Source of the DNA: a virus
Virus record (IMG/VR): IMGVR_UViG_3300014325_000012
Location: 1 to 64,000 of that record
DNA: 64,000 bases
Direction: 5' to 3' (one strand)
In this document: positions 1 through 11,200 of the stretch, in pieces
Position numbering within the stretch: position 1 is the stretch's first letter
Layout of the letters: every line of letters begins with the position of its first letter
Made by a program: the position numbers and the translations under genes
Notes under the pieces: generated by a model
What the model saw: the letters and a program-made list of their open reading frames with translations, nothing else
What the model was told of the DNA's origin: nothing
Databases searched by the model: none

Positions 1-1610
1 TAAGGGGCATATGATCTATGAAGTCCAGGACTGGTGGCTTTACTTAAAAGTGTAAGAGTACCCTCTGGCTTGACAGCAGTTACCAATAACGGTCTAGGTA
101 TGGACATCTCTTCAGAGTACCTATCGGCCTCCATATTTGACCACAACCTAAATGACCTAAGCCATAATTTAACTTTTGGGTCTTTGTGGGTTAGTCCCAA
201 AAGATCTAGGGTTTTCATTAACCCAGTCATGGACACACCAGTAAGTCTATCTCTCTTTTGAATAATATCCCAATGGGGTAAGTTAAGAGTAACATTTGTT
301 TGTCTCATACCAATTCTTGTAGCAAGTTCAAAGGACTCCTTTAACTTATAAAGGTCTAGAGTTCCATCCTCTTTTATATGGCTAGTTATTACGACTGTAG
401 ATAAGTTGCAAACCCCAAAATTATCTAATAGAATTTCAGCGCAGGGATTAACTCCTACAGCATTACCCCCTCTCCTCTTCATTGCTGCTTCTCTATTAAA
501 GAAGCCAGGTTCTCCATTGTTTAAGATATTCTTAAATACTCCTTCTATGTCTCTTATAGAGGGTCTTTTATCATAAACAATACTGTTGTTACTCATTCTC
601 CTATGAGACCTTTCCGGGTCTAAAACAAACTTTCCTTTCTCTCTATCATAGATATAAAGGTCTAACTTAGCATTTTTAAATTCTTCGTCATTTGGAGAGG
701 CCAAGGCTATTTGAGCGCTTCTTCTAGTTCCTCCTACTAGCACATTCTCAGCTATCATATTAGATATATCCATAGCTGCTACTGGAGACAGTTTCCCATC
801 GCAGGACTTGATAATTTTTGTTATTTTAGAAAACATAATTTCTAACCCTTTTGGTCCGGCTGCTCTACCACCAAACGTTTTTAATCTCTCCCCAGCAGGT
901 CTGACATTATTATAGTCAAATTCTATCTGGATAGGTCCTTCAGCCTTTAGTAATAAGTCGAAATAGTCACCCAATGCCTTGACCCAAGCTTCTTTACTAT
1001 CTCCTACACTTATTAAATAGGTACCTCCTTCAAGCTTATAACATATGGTTGCATCAGATCTTTTACGGGCTGATAAAGGCACATAATTTCTATGATTGAT
1101 ATAGAAATCGCTATTTATTTTTGGGAGTGTCTGTACTAGGTCCTTTTGAATACCGTAACCTACCCCACAACCACACAAAAGCAAATAGAAAATATCACTA
1201 AAGCAACTAAACACTGGGAGATTATATTTAGCTCCATTCTCTATATTTAAATAGCAGCAATTGAAATTACCCATGGCAAGCATCTCTGAAGCTTTTGTAC
1301 CTCCTACCCAAAGGGTACGTCCAGCAGGCAGTACCTCAAGGTTATACACCTTATCAAACATTAACTCAGCTTCTTTAACTAACTCTTCCCTTGTGGCTGG
1401 TCCACTATAAAGAGACAAACTATACTCTACGACTCTTTTTACTGTTTCTGCCCAAGTCTCTCTTCGCTTCTTCAGATGATCATACCTTGAATACGTCCTC
1501 AGCCTAGTTATGGCTTCAGTAACTCCTGCATTGTTAGGCGTAGTCTTATATTTCTCCTGTCCTAAGAAATCTAAAGACAGCAAGGAACTAACAGCAGAAT
1601 CTACCGTCAT
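1..1610 (-). CDS. nrdJ: Class II (adenosylcobalamin-dependent) ribonucleotide reductase, 3' end runs off the window
   Basis: Not in the ORF track. Manual translation from ATG at 1610 (SD GGAGA upstream) gives RTYSR..RETWAETVKRVV, LPAGRTLWVGG, NFNCC, LLCGCGVGY and catalytic GVNPCAEILL..GVCNL. Confidence 0.9.
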   Translation of the reverse strand, partial: MTVDSAVSSLLSLDFLGQEKYKTTPNNAGVTEAITRLRTYSRYDHLKKRRETWAETVKRVVEYSLSLYSGPATREELVKEAELMFDKVYNLEVLPAGRTLWVGGTKASEMLAMGNFNCCYLNIENGAKYNLPVFSCFSDIFYLLLCGCGVGYGIQKDLVQTLPKINSDFYINHRNYVPLSARKRSDATICYKLEGGTYLISVGDSKEAWVKALGDYFDLLLKAEGPIQIEFDYNNVRPAGERLKTFGGRAAGPKGLEIMFSKITKIIKSCDGKLSPVAAMDISNMIAENVLVGGTRRSAQIALASPNDEEFKNAKLDLYIYDREKGKFVLDPERSHRRMSNNSIVYDKRPSIRDIEGVFKNILNNGEPGFFNREAAMKRRGGNAVGVNPCAEILLDNFGVCNLSTVVITSHIKEDGTLDLYKLKESFELATRIGMRQTNVTLNLPHWDIIQKRDRLTGVSMTGLMKTLDLLGLTHKDPKVKLWLRSFRLWSNMEADRYSEEMSIPRPLLVTAVKPEGTLTLLSKATSPGLHRSYAP

Positions 1611-1741
1611 ACGTATTCTCCATATATAAAGCTTAAGTTGTAATGTTTTAGGGGTTTTAATCCTATACAATTTATCTAAAATTGTATTGCTTATTAAATT
1701 ATACTAGCCAGTAACTTTCTTAGTGGATAGTAAACCTTATG

Positions 1742-1918
1742 TTAATTATTAAGGAATATATCCAAATACTCTTTAATAGACTTGGATAATTCTTGATCCA
1801 ACTTGGGATTAGTAAGGTGTTTACATAGTGACTTAAGAAATAAATTAGTCTTAATTTGAGATCTTTCCAAAGCCATTATTCTTAATTTTAGCTGTGTTAC
1901 TTCATTTAATTCATCCAT
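1742..1918 (-). CDS. Small hypothetical protein, 58 aa (MDELNEVTQLKLRIMALERSQ...)
   Basis: Manual translation. The start overlaps the end of the LAGLIDADG gene and the ORF fills the gap to nrdJ. Confidence 0.55.
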   Translation of the reverse strand: MDELNEVTQLKLRIMALERSQIKTNLFLKSLCKHLTNPKLDQELSKSIKEYLDIFLNN

Positions 1919-2724
1919 ATAGGTACCTTCCTTAACGCTTTGGTTCTATGAATATCTAACCCATTTTCTAGTGCACAGGCTACGGCTTCTTGTTCGGTTT
2001 TCAAGTACTTTTGGACTAGTATATTTTCAGCCTTTCCGCTAACAAGCCACTTATTTCCCACTTTACGGATGTACCTATATTTAGAAAGTTCACCAAAACT
2101 CTTCATAATATCTCGCTTTCTTTCTAGATAAACTAGAGAGTTGTTATATAACCAGTCTCTTAACTTAACACACTTTTCTTTGCCTGAAATCCCATACACA
2201 TAACATCCGTCTACCTCAGAAATCCAACCTGAGTTCCTGCCTATTACCTTATCTAGGATAGTTTTCAATTTAGTGAGGAATATAAGTGTACCAGAAAAGG
2301 ATACATCAAACTTACCCCCCACATATCCATCACCATCGAAGAAACCCCTTACAAAATGGTTTAATAAATTTTCTGGTATATGGCTAAATATAGAAGAATC
2401 TAAGTTATTACTCTTCCTGGGATTTAATCCTTTTAATATCAAGGCTTCTCTAATCTGTTTGGATGTTATTCTTAACTTACAGGCGTTATAATATCTGTTA
2501 GTCTTCTTTAAGAAGGAGGACCTAAATGTTAGAGGAGTGTTGAATATTAAGGCTAATTTAGCTAAATGTTCACTATCTTTCATGGACAACTCTATAAATA
2601 TTCTATTAGAATTAGACTCTAGGCAGCCGTCTGCTGTAAAAAATCCCAACCAGTAAGATTTTTCCTCCGTGTCTATTTTATTAAAGAAGGATTCGTCATA
2701 AAAATACTTTCTCAAAGCACCCAT
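1906..2724 (-). CDS. Free-standing LAGLIDADG homing endonuclease (two-motif)
   Basis: YWLGFFTADG and HFVRGFFDGDG motifs; LYNN..VYLERK tail typical of phage LAGLIDADG proteins. Confidence 0.85.
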   Translation of the reverse strand: MGALRKYFYDESFFNKIDTEEKSYWLGFFTADGCLESNSNRIFIELSMKDSEHLAKLALIFNTPLTFRSSFLKKTNRYYNACKLRITSKQIREALILKGLNPRKSNNLDSSIFSHIPENLLNHFVRGFFDGDGYVGGKFDVSFSGTLIFLTKLKTILDKVIGRNSGWISEVDGCYVYGISGKEKCVKLRDWLYNNSLVYLERKRDIMKSFGELSKYRYIRKVGNKWLVSGKAENILVQKYLKTEQEAVACALENGLDIHRTKALRKVPIWMN

Positions 2725-2735
2725 ATAAGAGCTCC

Positions 2736-4070
2736 TTAATTACAATCTAGTTGTATCATACCAGCAAAATCATTACCTTCACCATCAAATCCATAATATA
2801 CCACATCCTGTGGGGTTGGTGGATAATCTTCCTTAGAAGCGTAAGTCTCTCTTCTACCTAAGAAGGAACCGCCGTTGCATATAAAATACCTACTTGTCTG
2901 CAATCCTCTACCCGGAACTAGTATATCTATATTCTTTGGCACAAATCTTGATTCATGGTTATGTCCAGAGTAAAAACAATCTATTTTATAATTAGACCAG
3001 CTCATAATCTTCTCTACTGCAGATTCTATTTGTGGCCATCTTAGAGCATTTCCATATTTATGTGCCAAGGAAAGCCTTTTCATTGTCCCTCTCCAATGTA
3101 CATCTATAATAGATCTTTCTCTGAAGTAGGGGACTTTCAGCATACTAGCTATAACCCTGGATAAGTCCATTTGGGTATACTTCTCAAATCTTCCGCCACA
3201 ATGATTACCCCAAGAAGAGGCTATTAACCTATCAGAGATTGGGATAACTAATTGGATAAAATCGTTTACTTGTTCATTAATGTTCTCTGTCTGTTCTAAC
3301 GGGTCGGCTACTGAAAGTTTATGGGCAGCTTCTATACTATCCCCACCCAGTAAAACTAAACCACCAGGATCATTTTTAATTTGCTCTACAACAGCCTTAA
3401 ATTCCTCTCTACGGAACTTTGCTGCTCCTACGTGTATGTCTGTAAGGTCATATATTGTTAGCTTGTCTGCTGGAATGTTATCATCCACTTTGACTACTAA
3501 GTAATTACTGCTTACCATACTAACCTTAAATGGTCTATCTTTAGTTGTTACATCAAGTCTTTCCAAGTAGGATTGAGAATCCGTGACTGGTGTTAGCACC
3601 ACGTCTCCATTCTCTGCTTTAGATCTAACAACAAAACAACCAGGAAAATTCTCTTCAAGTATTTCTACTGCTCTATCTATATCTTTGATCTTAAGTTCAG
3701 ACTTAAGCTTGGAGAATAGTACTCCACTTTTGGCTGCTTTCTTCATCCAATCTTCTGCCGGTGAGTACTTGTTTGTGGCTTTCTTTACTAATGTAATAGT
3801 GGATGAAACTGACCTATTTAAACTCTTAGCAATATCATATACATCCGCTTCTTCATCTAGCATTTGTTTTACAGTATCTGCCACCGTTGATTTTGAAGCA
3901 GGCTCCAATTGTGGGTTACTTCCTCTTACCTCTTTAATCAGTCTAAATGCCATACTATCACTTATATTCAATTCTCTTGCGATGATCACTCTGCCTTTCT
4001 TTTGGGACACTAGATCCTTAACTTTAGCTAGTAATTTTTGTTTTTGTTCTTTATTCATCATGATCTCCAC
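2736..4070 (-). CDS. Calcineurin-like metallophosphoesterase with N-terminal HTH-like regions
   Basis: Motifs TDIHVG, GGDSIE, WGNH, AHKYG, SGHNH; N-terminal IARELNIS and IAKSLNRS HTH-like segments. Confidence 0.8.
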   Translation of the reverse strand: MEIMMNKEQKQKLLAKVKDLVSQKKGRVIIARELNISDSMAFRLIKEVRGSNPQLEPASKSTVADTVKQMLDEEADVYDIAKSLNRSVSSTITLVKKATNKYSPAEDWMKKAAKSGVLFSKLKSELKIKDIDRAVEILEENFPGCFVVRSKAENGDVVLTPVTDSQSYLERLDVTTKDRPFKVSMVSSNYLVVKVDDNIPADKLTIYDLTDIHVGAAKFRREEFKAVVEQIKNDPGGLVLLGGDSIEAAHKLSVADPLEQTENINEQVNDFIQLVIPISDRLIASSWGNHCGGRFEKYTQMDLSRVIASMLKVPYFRERSIIDVHWRGTMKRLSLAHKYGNALRWPQIESAVEKIMSWSNYKIDCFYSGHNHESRFVPKNIDILVPGRGLQTSRYFICNGGSFLGRRETYASKEDYPPTPQDVVYYGFDGEGNDFAGMIQLDCN

Positions 4071-4138
4071 AAGTGATGCGTATCGCTCTTAAATTCTACT
4101 ATATAAGTATAATAGGTAAATGTCTATTCTATTAATCT

Positions 4139-4804
4139 TTATTTAAGCTGATATCTACTACATTTAGGATAAAGTAAAGCGTCTTCCGGTCTCCATCCTT
4201 TTTTCAGTCTGCTCCAAACTAGCTTATATGATAGGGTAGAGTATTTTCTTACGGCTATAAATAATGGTAAGGTTTCACCGAAAACTGTTATCTTATGAGT
4301 ATTGGTCTTATTTTCACATTGTTTACTATCCTCTATGAAACAACAATTACTAGGTTCATAGTTTCCATCTACATTGTTTCTTTCTATTGTGAGGTCATCC
4401 TTATATCCATTTTCCATAGACCAATTATAAAAGGCTAGGAAGTTGTGTCTCCACTGGTCGCAAACTATGATACCCCTTTTACCATAATTTTTATACTTAT
4501 GATGGTTAGAGTTGTAACATCTTTCTTTTATTCCTATCCATTTAACATACAATGGATGATCATCTCTTATACCATGAGTTTTATTATGTATAGAGGCAGT
4601 TTCTCCTATCAAACAACCACAAGATTTTGTGTGTCCATACTTTAGATGATCAAATCTAACCATCTTAATAGTTGTGGAACTACAATCACAGTGACAATTA
4701 TAATAAGTATGCATTCCTTTCCCTTTTGCATAAGAAAGTATTAATAGTCTTCCATATCTTGTACCAATGTTAATCTGGTTTTGCACTATGCCAACTCCCT
4801 CCAA
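4139..4804 (-). CDS. HNH-type homing endonuclease (true start probably GTG near 4786)
   Basis: GTRYGRL..CHCDC..TKSCGC..HG, KYKNYGKRGIIVCDQW, LTIERNNVDGNYEPSNC. Confidence 0.8.
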   Translation of the reverse strand: MEGVGIVQNQINIGTRYGRLLILSYAKGKGMHTYYNCHCDCSSTTIKMVRFDHLKYGHTKSCGCLIGETASIHNKTHGIRDDHPLYVKWIGIKERCYNSNHHKYKNYGKRGIIVCDQWRHNFLAFYNWSMENGYKDDLTIERNNVDGNYEPSNCCFIEDSKQCENKTNTHKITVFGETLPLFIAVRKYSTLSYKLVWSRLKKGWRPEDALLYPKCSRYQLK

Positions 4805-7139
4805 TTCCTGCTACAGCCTTAATAGGCACTAGCTTTAGTACTTCTGAACCCGCTCTAACCATAGATTTTTCTAATATCTCCTTAGCTAACTCAGCATGCT
4901 CTTCTTTAACATGTAGTGCTATTTCGTCATGAACCAGTAATACAATACCTTCTGTCCAATCAAATCCAGCATCTTTTAATCCTGTATGTGTGTACAATAA
5001 AGCTAGCTTCATTATATCTGCAGCAGTTCCTTGGATGTGATGGTTAAACCCTTCCACTCTAGCTGCTCTTAGCCTCTCTGAGTAAGCATTGACTCTTCCA
5101 GAGGGGTCTCTATAATCTCTACATAAAGCCTCATCAGGAAGCTCAAAATGGTGTTTATGTAATGTAAATCTCCTCGGTCTTCCCATCATAGTCTTAGCCA
5201 CTATAAATGGTATCTTTCCTTTGGGGTTATTCTTCTTACAATAAGATAAACTAAAATTATAGGATTCTGGTCCTGTCCTAACTCTTCTATCCCAACTAGC
5301 CAAGGCAGTTCTGAACTCTGGAGCATTAGTAAAAAAGTTTTCCCATGCTGCTTTTGCCTGGTCATCATTCCATCTAACTCTTCCATCAGTTTTCTTAAAC
5401 ATCCATTCTTTAAGAGTTGTCCACCACTTACCATAAAGAACTGAAAGTCCAGCAGTTTTTCCTATGTACTTTCTTTCGTAAGATTTTGAATCCGGCTCTA
5501 CTGGAAGGTCCATCATAATCTTAGCTACCCAAGCATGCATATCAAACTTCTTTATACCTGCTGCATCGTCTTGATATTTCTTTATTAGCTCTTTTACTCT
5601 ACAGAACTCTGCAGCTATTCTAGGCTCTATTTGTGAGAAGTCTGCAACAACAAACTTCCATCCTTCTTTGGCTTTAAATGGGGCCCTAAATAACTCCCCG
5701 GCCATCTTAGAGCCGTACTCACTATATGTAAATAATTCATCTCTAGATGGTATCTGCATGAGGTTTGGTTTACTTGAGGAAGATCTACCAGTATCAATAG
5801 CAGTCTCATCTTCTCCAATTTGAAACCAGTTGCAATGTATATATCCTCTCTTAGTACAAAAATCTATATGCTTTTGACCGAATTTGGATAATAGGCTGGA
5901 TGCTTTTTTATATTGTAAAATCCATCGTATCTTTTGCTTAGTTTCATCTGAAAGATTTTCCTCATTTCTATAGAAGGCATCTTTTATTTCATCCTCACCT
6001 GTAGTATCCTTCTCTTCTCCCTTTTCTAATTTAGTAACTCTGAATCCTTCTCCTAAATCTTTAGCGAAGATGCCTGATATTATAGGAGCAAGTTGTTGTG
6101 GGGATCTCATATTTATAGGCTCTTCTATTTCTTCTTCCCATACTACTTTATATAAAGGACTAGCAATCCTATGCACCTGCTTATCACTAAGTAAGCACCA
6201 CTCGTTAAATCTCCTAACTTTTCTTTTCCTAGTAAGACCTAAATGATCTAAAGCCTCTTTCATTCTTTCTTCTAATACTGTAATTACTTCTTTCTGCATG
6301 CTGGAAGAAAATGGAGCACCCCTTAACTCTGCTTGTGCAAAAACTTCTATTAGTTTATTTTCTAAGTTAATAATACTAACTATCTTCTGATTTGGTTTTG
6401 TATCAGATTCATGAGTTCTTATATAGTCATTTAGCCATTCCTGTTCTTGCTCTATTAAGAAGAATGGGAAGTAAACATCTTCTGCAGCGTACTCCACCTG
6501 CTCTGTAGCTATTTCTCCACTCCAATCACTTAGCTGATTCTTCTTCTTTCTTTCTACGTACTGCTCAGGTGTTAAACCTTCTGGAAATTCTTTACTCTTT
6601 GTCTCTTGTTTAAAGAAATTCCAATCTAAAAATCTTTTATATGCTGCATCCAACCCATGGTCTACTGGATCTCCCGCTAATAACACTTTGCTAATTAACA
6701 TAGTGTCCTTCATATACTTTAAGTTAATACCTAATTGGGAGAACATAAACTGATAGTCATACTTCAAATTATGACCTATAACTATTACATCCTCTAAGAA
6801 TTTAAAATACTTTCTTATAGGAGTAATTCCTAATAACAGTACGTCAAATACAAACTGCCTATTATAAAATGGTCTCTTAGGTGTGTACACGGGATTAAGA
6901 CCTATTTGTAGCATTCTTATAAATCCTGTGGGCTCTCCTTCTATGTCTTCAATAGGAAGCGGAACTCGCTTCTTATAAAGTAATTCTCCAAAGGTTTCAC
7001 AGTCTAGTGCTACTATAGGTTTAGAATCGTGGATATTCCATAAAGGATCATTTATATATTCTTTTATCTCTTTTAAAGCATCATATAACTGATCTTCAGT
7101 AGTAACATAAACATAGTCTATTGCCATGCATACCTCCAA
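4770..7139 (-). CDS. polA: Family A DNA polymerase with 3'-5' exonuclease domain
   Basis: Exonuclease motifs ALDCET, GHNLKYD, YAAED; TGRSSSSKPNLMQIP; motif A ADFSQIEPR; motif B R..GKTAGLSVLYG; NHHIQGTAAD; motif C VHDE. Confidence 0.95.
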   Translation of the reverse strand: MEVCMAIDYVYVTTEDQLYDALKEIKEYINDPLWNIHDSKPIVALDCETFGELLYKKRVPLPIEDIEGEPTGFIRMLQIGLNPVYTPKRPFYNRQFVFDVLLLGITPIRKYFKFLEDVIVIGHNLKYDYQFMFSQLGINLKYMKDTMLISKVLLAGDPVDHGLDAAYKRFLDWNFFKQETKSKEFPEGLTPEQYVERKKKNQLSDWSGEIATEQVEYAAEDVYFPFFLIEQEQEWLNDYIRTHESDTKPNQKIVSIINLENKLIEVFAQAELRGAPFSSSMQKEVITVLEERMKEALDHLGLTRKRKVRRFNEWCLLSDKQVHRIASPLYKVVWEEEIEEPINMRSPQQLAPIISGIFAKDLGEGFRVTKLEKGEEKDTTGEDEIKDAFYRNEENLSDETKQKIRWILQYKKASSLLSKFGQKHIDFCTKRGYIHCNWFQIGEDETAIDTGRSSSSKPNLMQIPSRDELFTYSEYGSKMAGELFRAPFKAKEGWKFVVADFSQIEPRIAAEFCRVKELIKKYQDDAAGIKKFDMHAWVAKIMMDLPVEPDSKSYERKYIGKTAGLSVLYGKWWTTLKEWMFKKTDGRVRWNDDQAKAAWENFFTNAPEFRTALASWDRRVRTGPESYNFSLSYCKKNNPKGKIPFIVAKTMMGRPRRFTLHKHHFELPDEALCRDYRDPSGRVNAYSERLRAARVEGFNHHIQGTAADIMKLALLYTHTGLKDAGFDWTEGIVLLVHDEIALHVKEEHAELAKEILEKSMVRAGSEVLKLVPIKAVAGIGGSWHSAKPD

Positions 7140-7141
7140 AT

Positions 7142-7170
7142 AAAAAGGGGAAGGTTTTCCTCCTTCCCCT
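7142..7170 (-). terminator. Intrinsic terminator-like hairpin between the SSB and polymerase genes
   Basis: AGGGGAAGG-N7-CCTTCCCCT inverted repeat with a U-tract on the minus strand. Confidence 0.65.
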
Positions 7171-7186
7171 CATCATATATTACTTA

Positions 7187-8095
7187 CTAAGCTTTTAATA
7201 AATCATTTGCATTCTTTTCATCTTTTACATCTTTCTGAGGTAATTCTACTTTCATATACTTAGCTATCTGTTCTCCATTATCAAAGGAGGTAAGTATATA
7301 TCTTAGTACTTCATCCTTAGCTTTAGTCTTGCTAGATTTATAAGTTCCTTTTATTTTATCTACCCACTGCTTAGTATATTCAGGCAAAGCTGCAGATATA
7401 CCTTCCTTACCAAGGGCTTCTAATAGTTGGTCTTCTTTTACAGTCTTAGCAGGTTCGTACCCACCACCCCTAGTAATACCCCTAGCATCTTTAGTACCGG
7501 CTTTTCTCCTTACTGCCCAAATCTTACTTATAAACATGCTATCCTGGTCATAAGTTTCAAATAGGGATAAAATACAGTCCTTACCTTTTCCATCTGCAGG
7601 AATTTCCACAACTTGAACTGGATTAAGGTAATAGGTAACTTGATCTCCAGATTCTCCTGTAAAGGTCCTCTTTGACCCTATGGTGTTGTAAATATACATA
7701 ACCATAGCTTTTACATGTCTTGAATTAAATTCCCATGCATTTTTGGAGTTAGATTCTAACAACTTCTCGTAAGTCTTACATAGTTCACAAGATCCGTCTT
7801 CAAACTGATCAGTACAGATGGTATGAGCTAGCTTATCCTTTCCATTAGACTTTACTTTATGTGTGTGAACAAGCATATCCCAAGCTAGATCATAGGAGTG
7901 TAGGGGAGCCATATAGAAATTCTCATCTGCACTTAAAATAAGTCTTCCTAGTTTATGCATTGAGAAGTTTGGATTAGTTATAGCCTTTTCTTCTTTCTCT
8001 GCATCCCTTTGTTCTTGCTTTGATTTTCTAATTGACTCTAACTGTCTTCTTTTCTCTTCTATCTTTTTCATTAGATTGTTTTCATAATCGGTCAT
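7187..8095 (-). CDS. Putative single-stranded DNA-binding protein (gp32-like)
   Basis: H..C...CELC zinc-type motif, position between polymerase and primase, charged C-terminus. Confidence 0.5.
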   Translation of the reverse strand: MTDYENNLMKKIEEKRRQLESIRKSKQEQRDAEKEEKAITNPNFSMHKLGRLILSADENFYMAPLHSYDLAWDMLVHTHKVKSNGKDKLAHTICTDQFEDGSCELCKTYEKLLESNSKNAWEFNSRHVKAMVMYIYNTIGSKRTFTGESGDQVTYYLNPVQVVEIPADGKGKDCILSLFETYDQDSMFISKIWAVRRKAGTKDARGITRGGGYEPAKTVKEDQLLEALGKEGISAALPEYTKQWVDKIKGTYKSSKTKAKDEVLRYILTSFDNGEQIAKYMKVELPQKDVKDEKNANDLLKA

Positions 8096-8279
8096 ATTTT
8101 TCTCCTAAGTATTATTTAATTATTCTGTGAGTTGTCTATTTACGGGTGTTTTATTTTTTGTTTATGGGAATTGTAACGAATTGTAAAGAACTATTCCCCT
8201 TAATACTCCTATCGGTACTAGAGTATATTTTAGCATGTGATAGGGATGGTAACTGAATACCATAATCCTTTATTTAGTT

Positions 8280-11200
8280 TTATTTATCTGTAGCACTTTC
8301 TGATAGGTTACTATCTAGGTATACGGATCTTTTATTTCTAAGGTACCCTAGAAGATCATCTTCTAAAACACTGTTAGTAATAAGGAATGAAGGAAGAAAG
8401 TAATTTCCAAATACAAAGATATCTCTCTTTCTTTGGTCATTGAATCTAAGTCTAATTGCTTGCTGAGTCTTAGCTATAGCAAACTTTTCTATTATGTTGT
8501 AATCCGGATCAGCCGGAAAAACATAGGTAAAGTCCGGGTATTCAAATATAGCTGCCCTATTATTTATAGGTAATATCCTCTTAATAGGTTCTCGTTCTCT
8601 TGGTATAGATGCATTGTCACCTATGTCCGAAGGAAAAGGGTTAGGATCTATAGGCCTATCGTTTACTCTATTCCAGAAGTTAGATATACTTTTAAGCCTA
8701 AATACTTCTTGCTTAAACATATAAGCATTTAGATATACCCCAGCTACAAGAAATTGGATAAGGTAGTCTTCAAATTTGTTTGTACCTATCATCATGTGTC
8801 CAATACAGACTTGTGAAGGCGGCTCCCTTCCAACATCAAGATCCGGGTAATTATTTTTGAGAAATGTTTCAGCTATTGTCTTAAATTTATCATTTTTACC
8901 ATCTTCATAAGTGGTAATTAGTATTTTTTGCCCTTTGTATTTGGTTGTGGCTAACTCTCCAATAAACTCCAGTATCTCTGTAAATCTCTCATAGTTATAG
9001 TCTCCAAACTCGTCTAGGCTCCCTTTTAAGGAAGTCTTTGACATGGAGGAATCCAATACTTGAGTAACAGTATTACCGGAATTCATCTTTCTAAAGTCTA
9101 GTACCTCATCATCTCCAAACACCTCTATATTGTTATTATCTAATACTATTTTCAAATAGTCAATAGGAGGAGTAGCATCTGTAAATACTCTAACTTTTAC
9201 AGAAGGAAGAGGATAAAACATTTGGATACCCTGAGTTTTATCATGGTAGAGATTTAAGTTAAAGTACCTAATGTAGTCTGGAACATTCCATGGAATCCTT
9301 TTATCATCTAAACTAAACTTTAGATTTTCCAGTTCTGTCTCACTTGCTCTTATGGTAAATTTATCCTTATCATCCTTAGCATACCCACCGTTAACTAACC
9401 AATTATAAAGCTTTTCCATCCAAGAGACTTCTTTAATAAAGGTTTCTAATACAGCCAGTTCATCTTGTCTTGGTTTAATTCTTTTATGACAATTGTCAAT
9501 GAAGGCCTCATCCACAAACATAATATCATACTTACTCTGCATGATACTAAACATAGTCTCCTTACAAGATAAATGAGCGTGTTGAATTATGACTACTTGT
9601 GGGGCATCTTCTACCACTTTCTTGTACTGTGTAGGATATGGGCAATCCTTAGCATATGGGCACTTTTTACAATAAGCCCCTTTCCATACACTGGAGCTAA
9701 TCCCAAGATTGTATAAGTACTGAATATTACCTTCTTCAGGACAATCAAATCCAGGATTTAGTTTATCAAATAAGTTTTTGTGGCTCATGACTACAAAAGC
9801 TTTTATGCCTGTAGGATTACCATCTAAATCTTTCTCTATTCTATTTTTATGCTCTATTGCCAAATTGCCAGTAGGAACAGAAATAAGTACTCTGTGCCCT
9901 TTCTTAGCAAGGGAAACAGTAAGCTCATCAATTTTAAAACTTTTACCACTACCTTGTGGACTAGCTAACAATATATCTTTTGAAGTCTCGTCTTCTAGGC
10001 ATTGCCATATTTTATTTGAGACTCTCTTAAATGTGTCTGTTCTAGTATCCTGTGCGGAAATTAATTTCATCTCACTAAGTAGATACTTCTTGATTGGGCT
10101 ACCATACCATAGTTGTTTAGGATTAATAAATCCTGGTCTGTCCTTAAATGGACAACCCTCACACAGATTGAAAGTTTCCTCCCACTTCTTACATGAGGGA
10201 AAATATCTGTCAGGAGATTCCAATATCGCAGTTCTATCCCTATCCCAATTATGAGAATCATAAGGAGTTAGTCTATAATCTTCCGTAAATTCTTTTATCC
10301 ACTCCTCACCTTCTGATTTCTTTCCCATCTTTGCATCATTATAGTTAGCAATACTCCACAACCATAATCCTGCCGTATGTCCTAATCCTCTTTTATCTTG
10401 TAATAAGCTACCATTTTTACATCCATCTATTACTTGATTTATGGCTTGACAATTAGAAGCTACCTTCTTCAATACTGGAGGTAGGTTAGCTACGGGTAAT
10501 TTTAGTCCTCTAGAGTTGAAAAAGAACTTCTTATTCCTAATATCCCAAGGTCTTACTGGTTTACTTTCCTTTAGCTTGGTTTTTATATTTGCCTTTACAA
10601 ATTCCTCTGTTAGTGGTTTAGCTGCAATGAAAGCATCTAATATAAATTCAGCAGAAGCACTTACTACATTCTTCCATAGTACTGGGTTTACCTTATTGGT
10701 TTTAAGGTGAATCCCTCCTGGAAGCCTTATTACGTTTCCGCTCTTAACAGTTGGGTATAGTTCCAACCCTATTTTTCTGTAATCAATACCAGCCTCAAGC
10801 AATAGCTGATCTGTAAACACTTTTAAGAGTCCGACATCTAAACAATCGCACATAATCCATACATGGGCTCTTTCGTCATCCTCAGTACCACTGAATTCCC
10901 ATATATAATCAATAGCATAGCTATTTAAGATTGGTAGTAGTTTATTTCTTATAGTATCAACAGATTCTTGACTATCGCAATCAATACAAAACCACTTGGC
11001 CTTGTTATCTTTAAATTTTCCAACACAGCCCATAGAGCCTACTACGGATCTAGAACTTAAAGAAGCCTTCTGAGAAAAATGTTTTATTAGGTCAGATTCT
11101 GTCATTTCCCTTATTAAGGGCCAGTACTGTATAGTGGGTTTAGATTCCCAAGCTCTCGCTGCATGTGGTAAATGTTGCATAGACCACATAATAGTATCTT